This document shows positions 23,545 to 35,262 of a DNA stretch of 35,262 bases, in pieces. This stretch comes from Octopus bimaculoides (Eukaryota). Numbering within the stretch: the stretch's first letter is position 1; the number at the start of each line of letters is the position of its first letter. The translations under genes were made by a program, and so were the position numbers. The stretch is from contig NC_068998.1 of the NCBI RefSeq assembly GCF_001194135.2, forward strand, positions 26,770,272-26,805,533, in the 5' to 3' direction. The notes under the pieces are model-generated. The model worked only from the letters and a program-made list of their open reading frames with translations, was not told the DNA's origin and made no database searches.

Positions 23545-23698
23545 AATTCACAAAAAAAAAAGAAGACGAAGACAGGTGGTGTAGACAACAAACAGATGTA
23601 TTAGTATAACGCTAGGGAAGTGAAAAAGTCTTTAACGTTTCGAGCTTACGCTCTTCCACAGAAAGGAACACAGTAAGAAACAAGGAGAGAAAAAAAAA
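23545..23698 (-). mobile_element. short Penelope-like-element pseudo-LTR-type repeat carrying a hammerhead-like motif
   Basis: Reverse complement ...ttcctttctgtggaagagcgtaagctcgaaacgttaaagactttttcacttccctagcgttatactaatacatctgtttgttgtctacaccacctgtctt parallels the recalled layout of PLE 3' ends (ctgaagaagagc...gctcgaaa...cccacc..gtct); no ORF attached. Confidence 0.6.
23628..23669 (-). ncRNA. minimal type I hammerhead ribozyme-like motif (variant core CUGUGGA)
   Basis: Minus strand GUUCCUUU-CUGUGGA-A-GAGC-GUAA-GCUC-GAAA-CGU-U-AAAGAC: perfect 4-bp stem II with GUAA tetraloop, GAAA core, palindromic ACGU stem III, stem I CUUU/AAAG; A6 of CUGANGA is U. Confidence 0.6.
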
Positions 23699-23796
23699 GT
23701 ATGTGTATTGGCTAGCTATCTAAAAAGATATATACTGACACATGCACATACATTTATACAATCTTCATTATATCTGATTCAACTTGAGATTTACTC

Positions 23797-23913
23797 ATTT
23801 AGCCCAAGTGATAGCGATAGTATCTGAGACATGAACTGCATACTTATGAACGGAATATCGTCTCCATTAAGTTTAGCCACACCTTGAAAGACGCCCATTA
23901 GTCTAGTTCTATT
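23797..23913 (+). repeat. unassigned 117-bp dispersed repeat, copy 2
   Basis: atttagcccaagtgatagcgat...acggaatatcgtctccattaagtttagccacaccttgaaagacgcccattagtctagttctatt; same orientation as 21381-21498. Confidence 0.9.
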
Positions 23914-24805
23914 ATTTTCTCATAATAATGGGCTAACAGCGAAATAGATGAAAGTAAACAAAATCATATCTAAAAGATATTACAATTTAATCTAGACGAC
24001 TATAAATTAAAGGTGTAGAAAGAAAATTTTCTATGGAAAGGTTTCAGTAAAGTCGAGATTTTTTTTCGGAGAAAAGAAGTATGTCAAGATTTCAAAGTCA
24101 TGTGCATGAAACAGTCAGTCTTCTATGAATATTTGTTGGGAGTTGGAATTTTTGTGAAAAGCATTTCCATATATTTAGCCGGACAAATTTTGTACCATTC
24201 AACAAATTTTGAACAAAAAAAAAATTGTGTGTATGATCATTTTCCATCTTAATTTGTGTGAGTCATTTCTTTTTTTCTAGTTCCTAAATATAGCTTGATA
24301 ATAAGGTGTTATTTCATTTAAGTGGGTTTCGGAATGTATTATTGTGTTGGTTATAGTATAATCTAAAAGGACTTGTAGTATGGCCATATATGCTTTGAAA
24401 AACTGTCTCCTACTCGACAGTTGGAGCATACGAGTGGACAAATATTCGGGTTGTGAAAGCTACGATTGGTAGTAAGTGATTGTGTGTTTGGTAAGTTCAC
24501 TTAGCAAAGATTGGGGTAATGAGGGGCTGAACGAATATTTGAGAAATAGGGAAGTTTAATAATGCAATATAGTGTCTACTGAAATAGATTCTGTTAGGTT
24601 AAACGAAGAATTGAATAGCCTAATATTTATTTTCCTAATCCTGTTTGAAATTTCATGTTTAGTATTTACAGGTGATACTTCAACATATTTCATCTTCTCT
24701 GCAAATCGACTACAGAGATTTATTGCAGTATGTTCATGAATGTGCGAATATTTTTGCTTTTTTTTTGTTAGCTAAAAGCTTTGAGAGACTAAGAGGGATG
24801 TTCGT

Positions 24806-25435
24806 NNNNNNNNNNNNNNNNNNNNNNNNNNNNNNNNNNNNNNNNNNNNNNNNNNNNNNNNNNNNNNNNNNNNNNNNNNNNNNNNNNNNNNNNNNNNNNN
24901 NNNNNNNNNNNNNNNNNNNNNNNNNNNNNNNNNNNNNNNNNNNNNNNNNNNNNNNNNNNNNNNNNNNNNNNNNNNNNNNNNNNNNNNNNNNNNNNNNNNN
25001 NNNNNNNNNNNNNNNNNNNNNNNNNNNNNNNNNNNNNNNNNNNNNNNNNNNNNNNNNNNNNNNNNNNNNNNNNNNNNNNNNNNNNNNNNNNNNNNNNNNN
25101 NNNNNNNNNNNNNNNNNNNNNNNNNNNNNNNNNNNNNNNNNNNNNNNNNNNNNNNNNNNNNNNNNNNNNNNNNNNNNNNNNNNNNNNNNNNNNNNNNNNN
25201 NNNNNNNNNNNNNNNNNNNNNNNNNNNNNNNNNNNNNNNNNNNNNNNNNNNNNNNNNNNNNNNNNNNNNNNNNNNNNNNNNNNNNNNNNNNNNNNNNNNN
25301 NNNNNNNNNNNNNNNNNNNNNNNNNNNNNNNNNNNNNNNNNNNNNNNNNNNNNNNNNNNNNNNNNNNNNNNNNNNNNNNNNNNNNNNNNNNNNNNNNNNN
25401 NNNNNNNNNNNNNNNNNNNNNNNNNNNNNNNNNNN
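24806..25435. other. assembly gap (N run)
   Basis: N run followed by (GT)n. Confidence 1.
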
Positions 25436-25458
25436 GTGTGTGTGTGTGTGTGTGTGTG

Positions 25459-25493
<35 letters not shown>

Positions 25494-25517
25494 GTGTGTG
25501 TGTGTGAATATATAAAA

Positions 25518-25856
25518 AGGCTAAAGACCCCCTTCGGTCATGAATGACCATGGGATAGCACCTAGAAAGTTTCCCTCCAAGGCACAAGTCTGAGCAAGGT
25601 TGTTTATGGAAGACCGGCGGTTGTCCATGAATACCAGCCCCACCTCTCCACCCCGCCGATGTTATCCAAAGGAAAGGCAAAGGACGATACAGCTTGGCAC
25701 CAGTGTCGTCGCAACTCTTTTCTACAGCTGTGTGAAACAGCAACGTGAAATAAAGTGTCTTGCTCAAGAACACAATACACAGCACGGTTTGAGAATCGAA
25801 ATCACTTCCTCATAATTATGAGCCCGACATCCTAACCACTAAGCCATGCGCCTTCA
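25518..25856 (-). mobile_element. tRNA-derived CORE-like SINE, family B
   Basis: Reverse complement head tgaaggcgcatggcttagtggttaggatgtcggg with A box tggcttagtgg (25836-25846), decayed B box gatttcgattctc, CORE-like ttgagcaagacacttt, tail cccatggtcattcatgaccgaagggggtcttt. Confidence 0.82.
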
Positions 25857-25888
25857 AACCTGTCTGTGTGTGTCCGTGTTCTTGTGTA

Positions 25889-27111
<1,223 letters not shown>

Positions 27112-27131
27112 GAAGAGTGTTTATAATTGTG

Positions 27132-27420
27132 TGCAATAAAGAATTAACCTTTTATCTTTAAATTGTGGATTTTATATTTCATGTCGCTCGCAGACAGTGA
27201 GGAGATGAAATATGAGTGATAATAATGGTTTTTGATTGCAATTTCTAAACATGTAAGGGTTTCTGCAACCCGCTCCGTTACAATTGTGATTCATTCATAA
27301 TTATAAACGCTCTTCTTTTATGTAATTTATTATTACATGTTTGGCCATTGATATTTTTATAAATAATTATTAATTGTTTATGACATAGCCTTCGTTATAT
27401 ACTTTTACATTCCTTTTTAA
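27132..27420 (+). repeat. local direct repeat, copy 1 (about 290 bp)
   Basis: gcaataaagaattaaccttttat...cgctcgcagacag...taaacatgtaagggttt...ttataaacgctcttcttttatgtaatttattattacatgtttggccattgatat...ttacattccttttta; repeated at 27713-28018. Confidence 0.92.
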
Positions 27421-27712
27421 GTATTAAATTTTCTCACTCATATCCGGTATTTTGCTGTGGCTCGATTTATCGGTCTTTTCTTATGGACGTTGTGCATGAC
27501 GTTGGTATTCAGAAATTGAATGTGTAGATAGAGGTTGATACACTATTTTTGCCGGTTGGGATACATGTAAGCCTCAAGGTATGGTTTTTGTATCAACTTG
27601 TATCTATAAGAATATTCTCCTGATGAGAGGAATGGAACCGTTATATTGTATATATCCGTTATTTTACGATACGGTATATAATATGGTATAATAGGCTCCT
27701 TAACTTAGAAAT

Positions 27713-28018
27713 TGCAATAGAGAATTAACCTTTTATTTTTAAATTGTGGATTTTATGTCATGCCGCTCGCAGACAGCTTTATTGTGAGGAGATAAAATAT
27801 AAGTGATAAAAGTGGCTTTATAGTGGTTTTTAACTGCTATTTTTAAACATGTAAGGGTTTTTGCAACCCGGTCCGTTATAATTGTGATTTATTCATGATT
27901 ATAAACGCTCTTCTTTTATGTAATTTATTATTACATGTTTGGCCATTGATATATTTATAAATAATTATTAATTGTTTATGATATAGTTTTCGTAATGTAT
28001 ATTTACATTCCTTTTTAG
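27713..28018 (+). repeat. local direct repeat, copy 2 (about 305 bp)
   Basis: Same blocks as 27132-27420 with two small indels (ctttattg; gtggctttata); followed by (GT)n and a gap. Confidence 0.92.
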
Positions 28019-28038
28019 TTGTGTGTGTGTGTGTGTGT

Positions 28039-28896
28039 NNNNNNNNNNNNNNNNNNNNNNNNNNNNNNNNNNNNNNNNNNNNNNNNNNNNNNNNNNNNNN
28101 NNNNNNNNNNNNNNNNNNNNNNNNNNNNNNNNNNNNNNNNNNNNNNNNNNNNNNNNNNNNNNNNNNNNNNNNNNNNNNNNNNNNNNNNNNNNNNNNNNNN
28201 NNNNNNNNNNNNNNNNNNNNNNNNNNNNNNNNNNNNNNNNNNNNNNNNNNNNNNNNNNNNNNNNNNNNNNNNNNNNNNNNNNNNNNNNNNNNNNNNNNNN
28301 NNNNNNNNNNNNNNNNNNNNNNNNNNNNNNNNNNNNNNNNNNNNNNNNNNNNNNNNNNNNNNNNNNNNNNNNNNNNNNNNNNNNNNNNNNNNNNNNNNNN
28401 NNNNNNNNNNNNNNNNNNNNNNNNNNNNNNNNNNNNNNNNNNNNNNNNNNNNNNNNNNNNNNNNNNNNNNNNNNNNNNNNNNNNNNNNNNNNNNNNNNNN
28501 NNNNNNNNNNNNNNNNNNNNNNNNNNNNNNNNNNNNNNNNNNNNNNNNNNNNNNNNNNNNNNNNNNNNNNNNNNNNNNNNNNNNNNNNNNNNNNNNNNNN
28601 NNNNNNNNNNNNNNNNNNNNNNNNNNNNNNNNNNNNNNNNNNNNNNNNNNNNNNNNNNNNNNNNNNNNNNNNNNNNNNNNNNNNNNNNNNNNNNNNNNNN
28701 NNNNNNNNNNNNNNNNNNNNNNNNNNNNNNNNNNNNNNNNNNNNNNNNNNNNNNNNNNNNNNNNNNNNNNNNNNNNNNNNNNNNNNNNNNNNNNNNNNNN
28801 NNNNNNNNNNNNNNNNNNNNNNNNNNNNNNNNNNNNNNNNNNNNNNNNNNNNNNNNNNNNNNNNNNNNNNNNNNNNNNNNNNNNNNNNNNNNNNNN
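28039..28896. other. assembly gap (N run)
   Basis: N run flanked by (GT)n and (TA)/(TATG)n. Confidence 1.
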
Positions 28897-28984
28897 ATAT
28901 ATATGTATGTATGTATATATATATATATATATATGTATGCATGTATGTATGTATGTATGTATGTCATAACATTCCAAGAGAAAA

Positions 28985-29660
28985 GCAGGCCGAACCATAT
29001 AATCTTATTAGGTTTGATTTTTGGCTACATTGTTTTATTATTGTAGGAGAAAATTCCTAGATAAATTCCTTGATAGATAAGATTTACAGCCATAGGTATA
29101 ATGAAATACTTCCAATAGAGGTTCCCTGAAAGCTTCGTATAACTGCTGCCCCAGAATGGAAAATATATTTACACGTAAGTCACACCAGACTCCCTCTCCA
29201 TTACGTAACTTTTAAAACTCAGATACTTGCCCACTCCATTAGGCGAGCATGGTTAACGCTGTTGTGTACGAAACCGAGATCACCTCAGTTCTACTGAAAA
29301 ACGAAACTCAAATGAAGTGATTTAAAAAAGAAAACATGTCAACGACAAGTCTTGCTTTTAGCACGTAGACAAAAAGAAAACTACTAAGTTGGTTAACCAT
29401 ATCTGGGAGCTGAAGGCCAAATATAGCCCACACGCCATCATGTGGAGCATTGTTGAGCGATCCACGCTATACGTTAATGGATTTTCGAGTAGCAGGCTTT
29501 GTATGGCTGAAATAACTCATACCCTTTCCTTATTTGTGAAATCCACTGAGCAACTTGACTCGAGATCAGAAATTTTCAAAAAATGCTAGCATTTCAACAA
29601 ATTTATACTACCGAAGTGGCGAACACTACCCTCGCCGGATTAGGCATATAATCGAATAAA
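28985..29660 (+). mobile_element. Penelope-like element 3' fragment (RT C-terminal linker plus GIY-YIG endonuclease), degenerate
   Basis: Hand translation: NRGSLKASYNCCPRMENIF (FNR...K.SYSC.PNM motif), CPL..NAVVYETEIT, NHIWELKAK, IMWSIVERS, RLCMAE, LDSRSEIFKKC*HFNKFIL (LN.RSE....CRH..KF.L motif). Confidence 0.8.
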
Positions 29661-29977
29661 CTTTAACCACTCACCGTAAAGTTAACCCACGCCAACCTTT
29701 ATCTAATGGGTCAAAGGGACACGACTCTCCCTTCCCCGCAAGCTTTTCTGTTTATTATTTTCTTTTCTCTGCTGAGCTTTTCTTTTTTTTTCTCGTTTTG
29801 TCTTGTTTTTTGTAAGGGAGTAGCTATGTTTAGTTTGAGCTTGAAAGATTGCAGGATAGTACACAGCACGTTTTACAAGTTCATCTGAGTTCTGTACAAC
29901 AGGAATATGAAACTTATAATAGGTCACATTTAAATCCTGCGTGTATTAAATGATACACCTGCACAAAGGCATATACA

Positions 29978-29979
<2 letters not shown>

Positions 29980-30017
<38 letters not shown>

Positions 30018-30022
30018 GATCG

Positions 30023-30058
<36 letters not shown>

Positions 30059-30075
30059 GTCTGTCTGTCTGTCTG
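29980..30075. repeat. (TATC)n/(TGTC)n microsatellite
   Basis: Direct reading. Confidence 0.95.
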
Positions 30076-30384
30076 TTTGTCTGCTATGTACATATCTATC
30101 TGTCTATCTTACATAGATACATATATATAGATATATGTATATACATATATACTTATACACATAGATATATACATACGCACATCCCCCCACACACACACAA
30201 ACACGCGCGCGCATGCACATATATTTTCATGCACGTCTAATGCAACGTATATCACAACTGATGGTTGAATAACCGTTTGGTAGAATTTTAGATACAATCT
30301 CAAATTCTATAATAAATTGGACCCTATTTTCTATATTGACTTTCAACCTTAATTTAACCACTCACCCACAAATATATGCAGAGA

Positions 30385-30392
30385 GAAAGAGG

Positions 30393-30428
<36 letters not shown>

Positions 30429-30483
30429 NNNNNNNNNNNNNNNNNNNNNNNNNNNNNNNNNNNNNNNNNNNNNNNNNNNNNNN

Positions 30484-30534
<51 letters not shown>

Positions 30535-30700
30535 AAGAGAGAGACAGAGAGAGAGAGAAAGAGAGAGACAGAGAGAGAGAGAGACAGAGAGAGAAAGATA
30601 GAGACAGAGAGAGAAAGAGAGAGACTGAGAGAAAGAGAGAGACAGAGAGAAAGAGAGAGAGAGGGAGGGACACAGACAGAGAAGGAGAAAAAAAAAGAGA
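30385..30700. repeat. (GA)n-rich purine tract interrupted by an N gap at 30429-30483
   Basis: Direct reading; source of RE/SL ORFs. Confidence 0.95.
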
Positions 30701-31052
30701 TGGGTGAATATGGGTGTAATATAATTATAATAGTTATATATATATATAAATTAGATGCCTTGATTTGATGAACTAAGGAAATAAGTAATGTGTTGTATAT
30801 ACCCACATTTCCCTTCTTACATACAAAATTTATGACTAGAAATAACACTTGTGAAGCCTACGGAAATTAGCAGGTGACATTTTCTATGTTACCATGTTAT
30901 TTTTAATAAAATGTCAGCAGTTATAATGCAAAAACTACGTGCATAATGAAATAATGAAAGAATCATTTTAAATGCATTCTAATAAATCAGAATCTCGAGG
31001 ACTATGTAACTTGTTGAGTTTCTCATAGTGTTCGTTTTTTGTAATGTTCATG

Positions 31053-31083
<31 letters not shown>

Positions 31084-31245
31084 GAATGTACATATATGTC
31101 TCTGTGCATAGACGTATATCTCTTCTTTGTTGTTTTAGTTCCTCCGACGTTGTCGACGATGACCAAGGACATCATATGGGAGAAGAAGACGGGGCGCGGT
31201 GCATACCGTACATATATATTAAATACAATAACGTCATAACATATA

Positions 31246-31286
<41 letters not shown>

Positions 31287-31296
31287 NNNNNNNNNN
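31287..31296. other. assembly gap (N run) within (TA)n
   Basis: 10 N. Confidence 1.
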
Positions 31297-31322
31297 TACA
31301 TCATACATACACACACACACAC

Positions 31323-31361
<39 letters not shown>

Positions 31362-31776
31362 ACAAACTTAGCGGCACATGAAGGTATTTACATCTGAATA
31401 TGCTTGTGTCATTCTCATATATCTTACGTATTTGTGACATACTCCTCAACTTCATTGATTTATTATATTGATATGCATTATTATGCATTCCTTATCGAAT
31501 CAAACAGCGCACGTATATACGTATGAAGATGAAAGTACTATCGCTGCCTCACACTCTCCCTCTGTTACTCTCTCATTTACTCTCTCTCCTTCTGTTACAC
31601 TCTCACTAACTCTCTCCCTCTCATTTACTCTTTCTCGCTCTCTCGCATACGCCAACGCAGAATTCAATATTTCATACATTCTTCCACTAACACACGCACA
31701 CACCCATGTACGCACAAATACATACATCCATACATATATTTACTTGTGTATGTATATATATATGTATATGTATATA

Positions 31777-32215
31777 NNNNNNNNNNNNNNNNNNNNNNNN
31801 NNNNNNNNNNNNNNNNNNNNNNNNNNNNNNNNNNNNNNNNNNNNNNNNNNNNNNNNNNNNNNNNNNNNNNNNNNNNNNNNNNNNNNNNNNNNNNNNNNNN
31901 NNNNNNNNNNNNNNNNNNNNNNNNNNNNNNNNNNNNNNNNNNNNNNNNNNNNNNNNNNNNNNNNNNNNNNNNNNNNNNNNNNNNNNNNNNNNNNNNNNNN
32001 NNNNNNNNNNNNNNNNNNNNNNNNNNNNNNNNNNNNNNNNNNNNNNNNNNNNNNNNNNNNNNNNNNNNNNNNNNNNNNNNNNNNNNNNNNNNNNNNNNNN
32101 NNNNNNNNNNNNNNNNNNNNNNNNNNNNNNNNNNNNNNNNNNNNNNNNNNNNNNNNNNNNNNNNNNNNNNNNNNNNNNNNNNNNNNNNNNNNNNNNNNNN
32201 NNNNNNNNNNNNNNN
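31777..32215. other. assembly gap (N run)
   Basis: N run flanked by (TA)n. Confidence 1.
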
Positions 32216-32249
32216 TAAATATATATATATATATATATAAATATATGTA

Positions 32250-32324
<75 letters not shown>

Positions 32325-32803
32325 CCCTTTATATACACACATACAAACATCACATTATCCACCCACTTGCATACTCACTCAAAAAGAAACACTGAAATGA
32401 ATATGCAAGCATGCAGTAATTAATACACACGCACACACATACTCTCACACACGCACCGATACACGCACTCACACACACACACACACACACACACAGCAGA
32501 TGTGACATTTATTTAGCTACTGTTGCATAATTCATCATTGACCTTCTTGAGAAGCAAACATTTTATAGTTTAATAGTGAAATCAAAATTGTTGCTACTTT
32601 TTTTTTCGTATGACTATTTACCAGATCTTAGCTAAGCTATTTGACAACACGTTGCAATAATGAAAAAATAAAAGAAAAAACATCATTTATCTTTTACAAC
32701 TTTGGAATGGAAGAGATGTCACCTAAACTTGGTCTGTTGATCTCAAGAGGACATAACACGTTATTTATGGTAGTTGATGTAGTAGTTAACTTAGTAGGCA
32801 GTA

Positions 32804-32841
<38 letters not shown>

Positions 32842-32870
32842 ATACTACTACTAATACTGCTACCACTACC
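32804..32870. repeat. (CTA)n microsatellite
   Basis: Direct reading. Confidence 0.93.
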
Positions 32871-33439
32871 AGGTAGTAGTAGTTATATTTAACCCATGTC
32901 AATTCAGATTGTGCAGATCTGTGTTCCAAAGAAATTTTACTCGTGACCATCACTTTTGTCCTTCAAAATCTATGTACATCTTTGATTCAATGTGCTTTAC
33001 TGGATCTATGTGTATCAATGTTTATCTAGATTCAGAGTATCAATGTATATGCTTGTATATTTAGATAAACATAAATATGTGTATCAACATGCAGTATATC
33101 AATGTGTATTTAGAGTCACGTTGTGCTAAAATGATTTGAAAAAATTTAGTGGGTTTTTTTTATCTCGAAGGGAGAGTGACCACCTAGTGGTGTTGCTTAA
33201 CTCCAGGTTAGTCCTGATTCAGTAGACTTATGGATCAAATGCATTCCAACTATGACCATCCTGTTTTTCCATGAGTAGGTCTATATTATCGATTAATGAA
33301 TAATGGGCACATGGAATTGCTTGGTTTGATACCACCAGCTGGCCTTTAAGTTGCAAGCATTAGATCCAGGTTTCGAACATTGGACTGTCGTCACTATTCA
33401 ATGGCACCGCCATCCTATACTCTTCTGGAAATGCCAAAA

Positions 33440-34075
33440 CCAAGCACCAAGCCTGATGGGCTACTTTTCTTCCTTTCTCTCGATGTCCATGGATTTCTAT
33501 CTTGCCTAACTCCTACTTATCACCTCTTACACGCAGATCTCACTGCTCCTTCCTCGGCGAGGCACACACAAACCTCTTAATCCATGTCTCCGATCCATCT
33601 CAACTGTTCACTTTGGACTCTATTGTAACCTCATAACCGAAACGTTACAGCTTGTAACTGACTTTTTCAATTGGAAAGCAACAATAAGGATTTCTAGTTA
33701 GACAGATTCAAAGTCACCCTCATTCACTCTTTCAGTTACTCCACCCACTAAATGCATCTACACCCTCTACCCACCTCCTAACTCCTCTTACCATTAGAAT
33801 CTATTTGAATGTATTTCCTCCTGCATTGATGACATCCATCTTATTTTCTTTCTTCGAAAACAAAGCACTCGGTGACTTCAAAATGCATAACTCCGATGGC
33901 AACGGTGCTGAAACCGAAACTTATACAAGCTTTGACTCTCTTCATCAACTTGTCTCATCCTCTAGCCCTATCTCAGATCGACGCACAGCCATCCCCAAAC
34001 TGTTGATCTCTTTCTCATCTCTAACAAATTGTGACCGTGTCTGCACCTATCGGGACGTCTGACTGCGCTCTCATT
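33440..34075 (+). mobile_element. decayed CR1/Jockey-group APE endonuclease fragment
   Basis: LGDFKMHN (GDFN.H motif), LHQLVSS, DLFLISN in a shifted frame (LDLFLTS motif) and APIGTSDCALI (G.SDH..I motif) occur in the expected order. Confidence 0.55.
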
Positions 34076-34720
34076 GTAACTACCCAACACACACATACAC
34101 ATCACAAGATCTACCAAGTTCGCACCCTCTGTGATACTTCAAGTTAGCTAATTGGCTAGAGTTCCATCAGTTTTATGCTAACCACACATGACGCCGTATC
34201 TGCTTCATACCCGGCCCTTTAGTTAAAGCCAAGCAAGAGATTGAAACCATAAGAAAATAAACTTCAAAATTTTCCAATGGGCACCACTGCTAGTCCATCT
34301 GGGGCTCTGCTTTTTACATTGTCCAATTTCTCCGTTAGATCAACGATTGTCAGTCTTTCTATCGTCGTGGTTCACTGGAGATCAAACAAAGAATTACTGG
34401 CACACTTCACACGGAAAGTTACAAAGAACTGTTTTAAAGTTGAAAATGTAGGAAACATTTTACAAAACTACGTTTTCGTTCTACTAACCGTACTTCTACG
34501 TCACAGAATCATGAATAACAGGAAACAGTATAACTTTCTAGAGCTTTAAACTATGTTTTTCAAACTCTGTAACGCACTTAAAGGCACTTTGCATCGCACC
34601 AGTGCACCACAATGGTTCGTTTGAGAAACAATGGGGGGTGCTTTTCTTGTTATAGCTTGCATGACGACTGATGGTTTGTTCACTTTGTTCATTGGCTCCT
34701 GTAGCGCAGCAGCAGCAGTT

Positions 34721-34723
<3 letters not shown>

Positions 34724-34770
<47 letters not shown>
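34724..34770. repeat. (TAG)n microsatellite
   Basis: Direct reading. Confidence 0.95.
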
Positions 34771-34771
<1 letters not shown>

Positions 34772-34847
34772 TACTAACAGTGGTAGCCACAGCGTCGGCG
34801 TCGGCGACGTTAGTGGTAGTGATATTTCTGGTTGTAATATTAATGAT

Positions 34848-35236
34848 GTGGAGGCGCAATGGCCCAGTGGTTAGGGCAGCGGACTCGCGGTCGTAGGATC
34901 GCGGTTTCGATTACCAGACCGGGCGTTGTGAGTGTTTATTGAGCGAAAACACCTAAAGCTCCACGAGGCTCCGGCAGGGGATGGTGGCGAACCCTGCTGT
35001 ACTCTTTCACCACAACTTTCTCTCACTCTTACTTCCTCTTTCTGTTGTACTTGTATTTCAAAGGGCCGGCCTTGTCACACTCTGTCTTACGCTGAATCTA
35101 CCCGAGAACTACGTTAAGGGTACACGTGTCTGTGGAGTACTCAGCCACTTGCACGTTAATTTCACGAGCAGGCTGTTCCGTTGATCGGATCAACTGGAAC
35201 CCTCATCGTCGTAACCGACGGAGTGCCAACCAACCG
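34848..35236 (+). mobile_element. full-length tRNA-derived SINE (family D) with 11-bp TSD
   Basis: Head ggaggcgcaatggcccagtggttagggcagcggactcgcggtcgtaggatcgcggtttcgattacc with A box tggcccagtgg (34860-34870) and B-box-like ggtttcgattacc (34903-34915); about 300-bp non-tRNA body; aaccaacc tail; ATATTAATGAT at 34837-34847 and 35237-35247. Confidence 0.92.
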
Positions 35237-35262
35237 ATATTAATGATAACAATAATACTTTC

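Noticed and set aside
32891-33270. Two decayed copies of a short motif (...gtgaccatc... at about 32891-32965 and 33195-33270; reverse copy near 7965-8010)
   Set aside because: Likely tails of another SINE or LINE family, but too diverged to delimit or name.
32804-34770. (CTA)n and (TAG)n as terminal inverted repeats of a 2-kb element
   Set aside because: Both are common simple repeats; complementarity is expected by chance and no unique inverted sequence extends beyond them.
34850-34925. tRNA gene
   Set aside because: A and B boxes are present but no convincing cloverleaf or acceptor stem; it is the head of a TSD-flanked 389-bp SINE.

Overview
AT-rich, microsatellite-dense eukaryotic non-coding DNA with seven N-gaps; no host protein-coding exon, tRNA gene, intact rRNA gene or CRISPR array is supported. 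The repeat families and the density of simple repeats suggest a coleoid cephalopod (Octopus-like) genome; this is an inference from recalled repeat sequences, not a database result. Most long ORFs in the track are artefacts of microsatellites or gaps. The recognisable content is a transposon graveyard: two degenerate R4/Dong-like and two HERO-like non-LTR retrotransposon fragments (RLE type), an L1/Tx1-like and a CR1-like APE fragment, a Penelope-like RT/GIY-YIG fragment, a near full-length Tc1-like element with DD36E spacing, a DD37D (maT-like) element, MITE-like inverted repeats, a possible Helitron-type non-autonomous element, and at least four tRNA-derived SINE families (three copies have clear TSDs). 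The most interesting observations are (1) a full-length 5S rRNA-like head fused to the same 3' tail used by a tRNA/CORE SINE in this window, a candidate 5S-derived SINE, and (2) a minimal hammerhead-ribozyme-like motif with a variant core, plus a second, weaker CTGATGA motif inside a local duplication. All translations and alignments were done by eye, and boundaries of degenerate elements are approximate.
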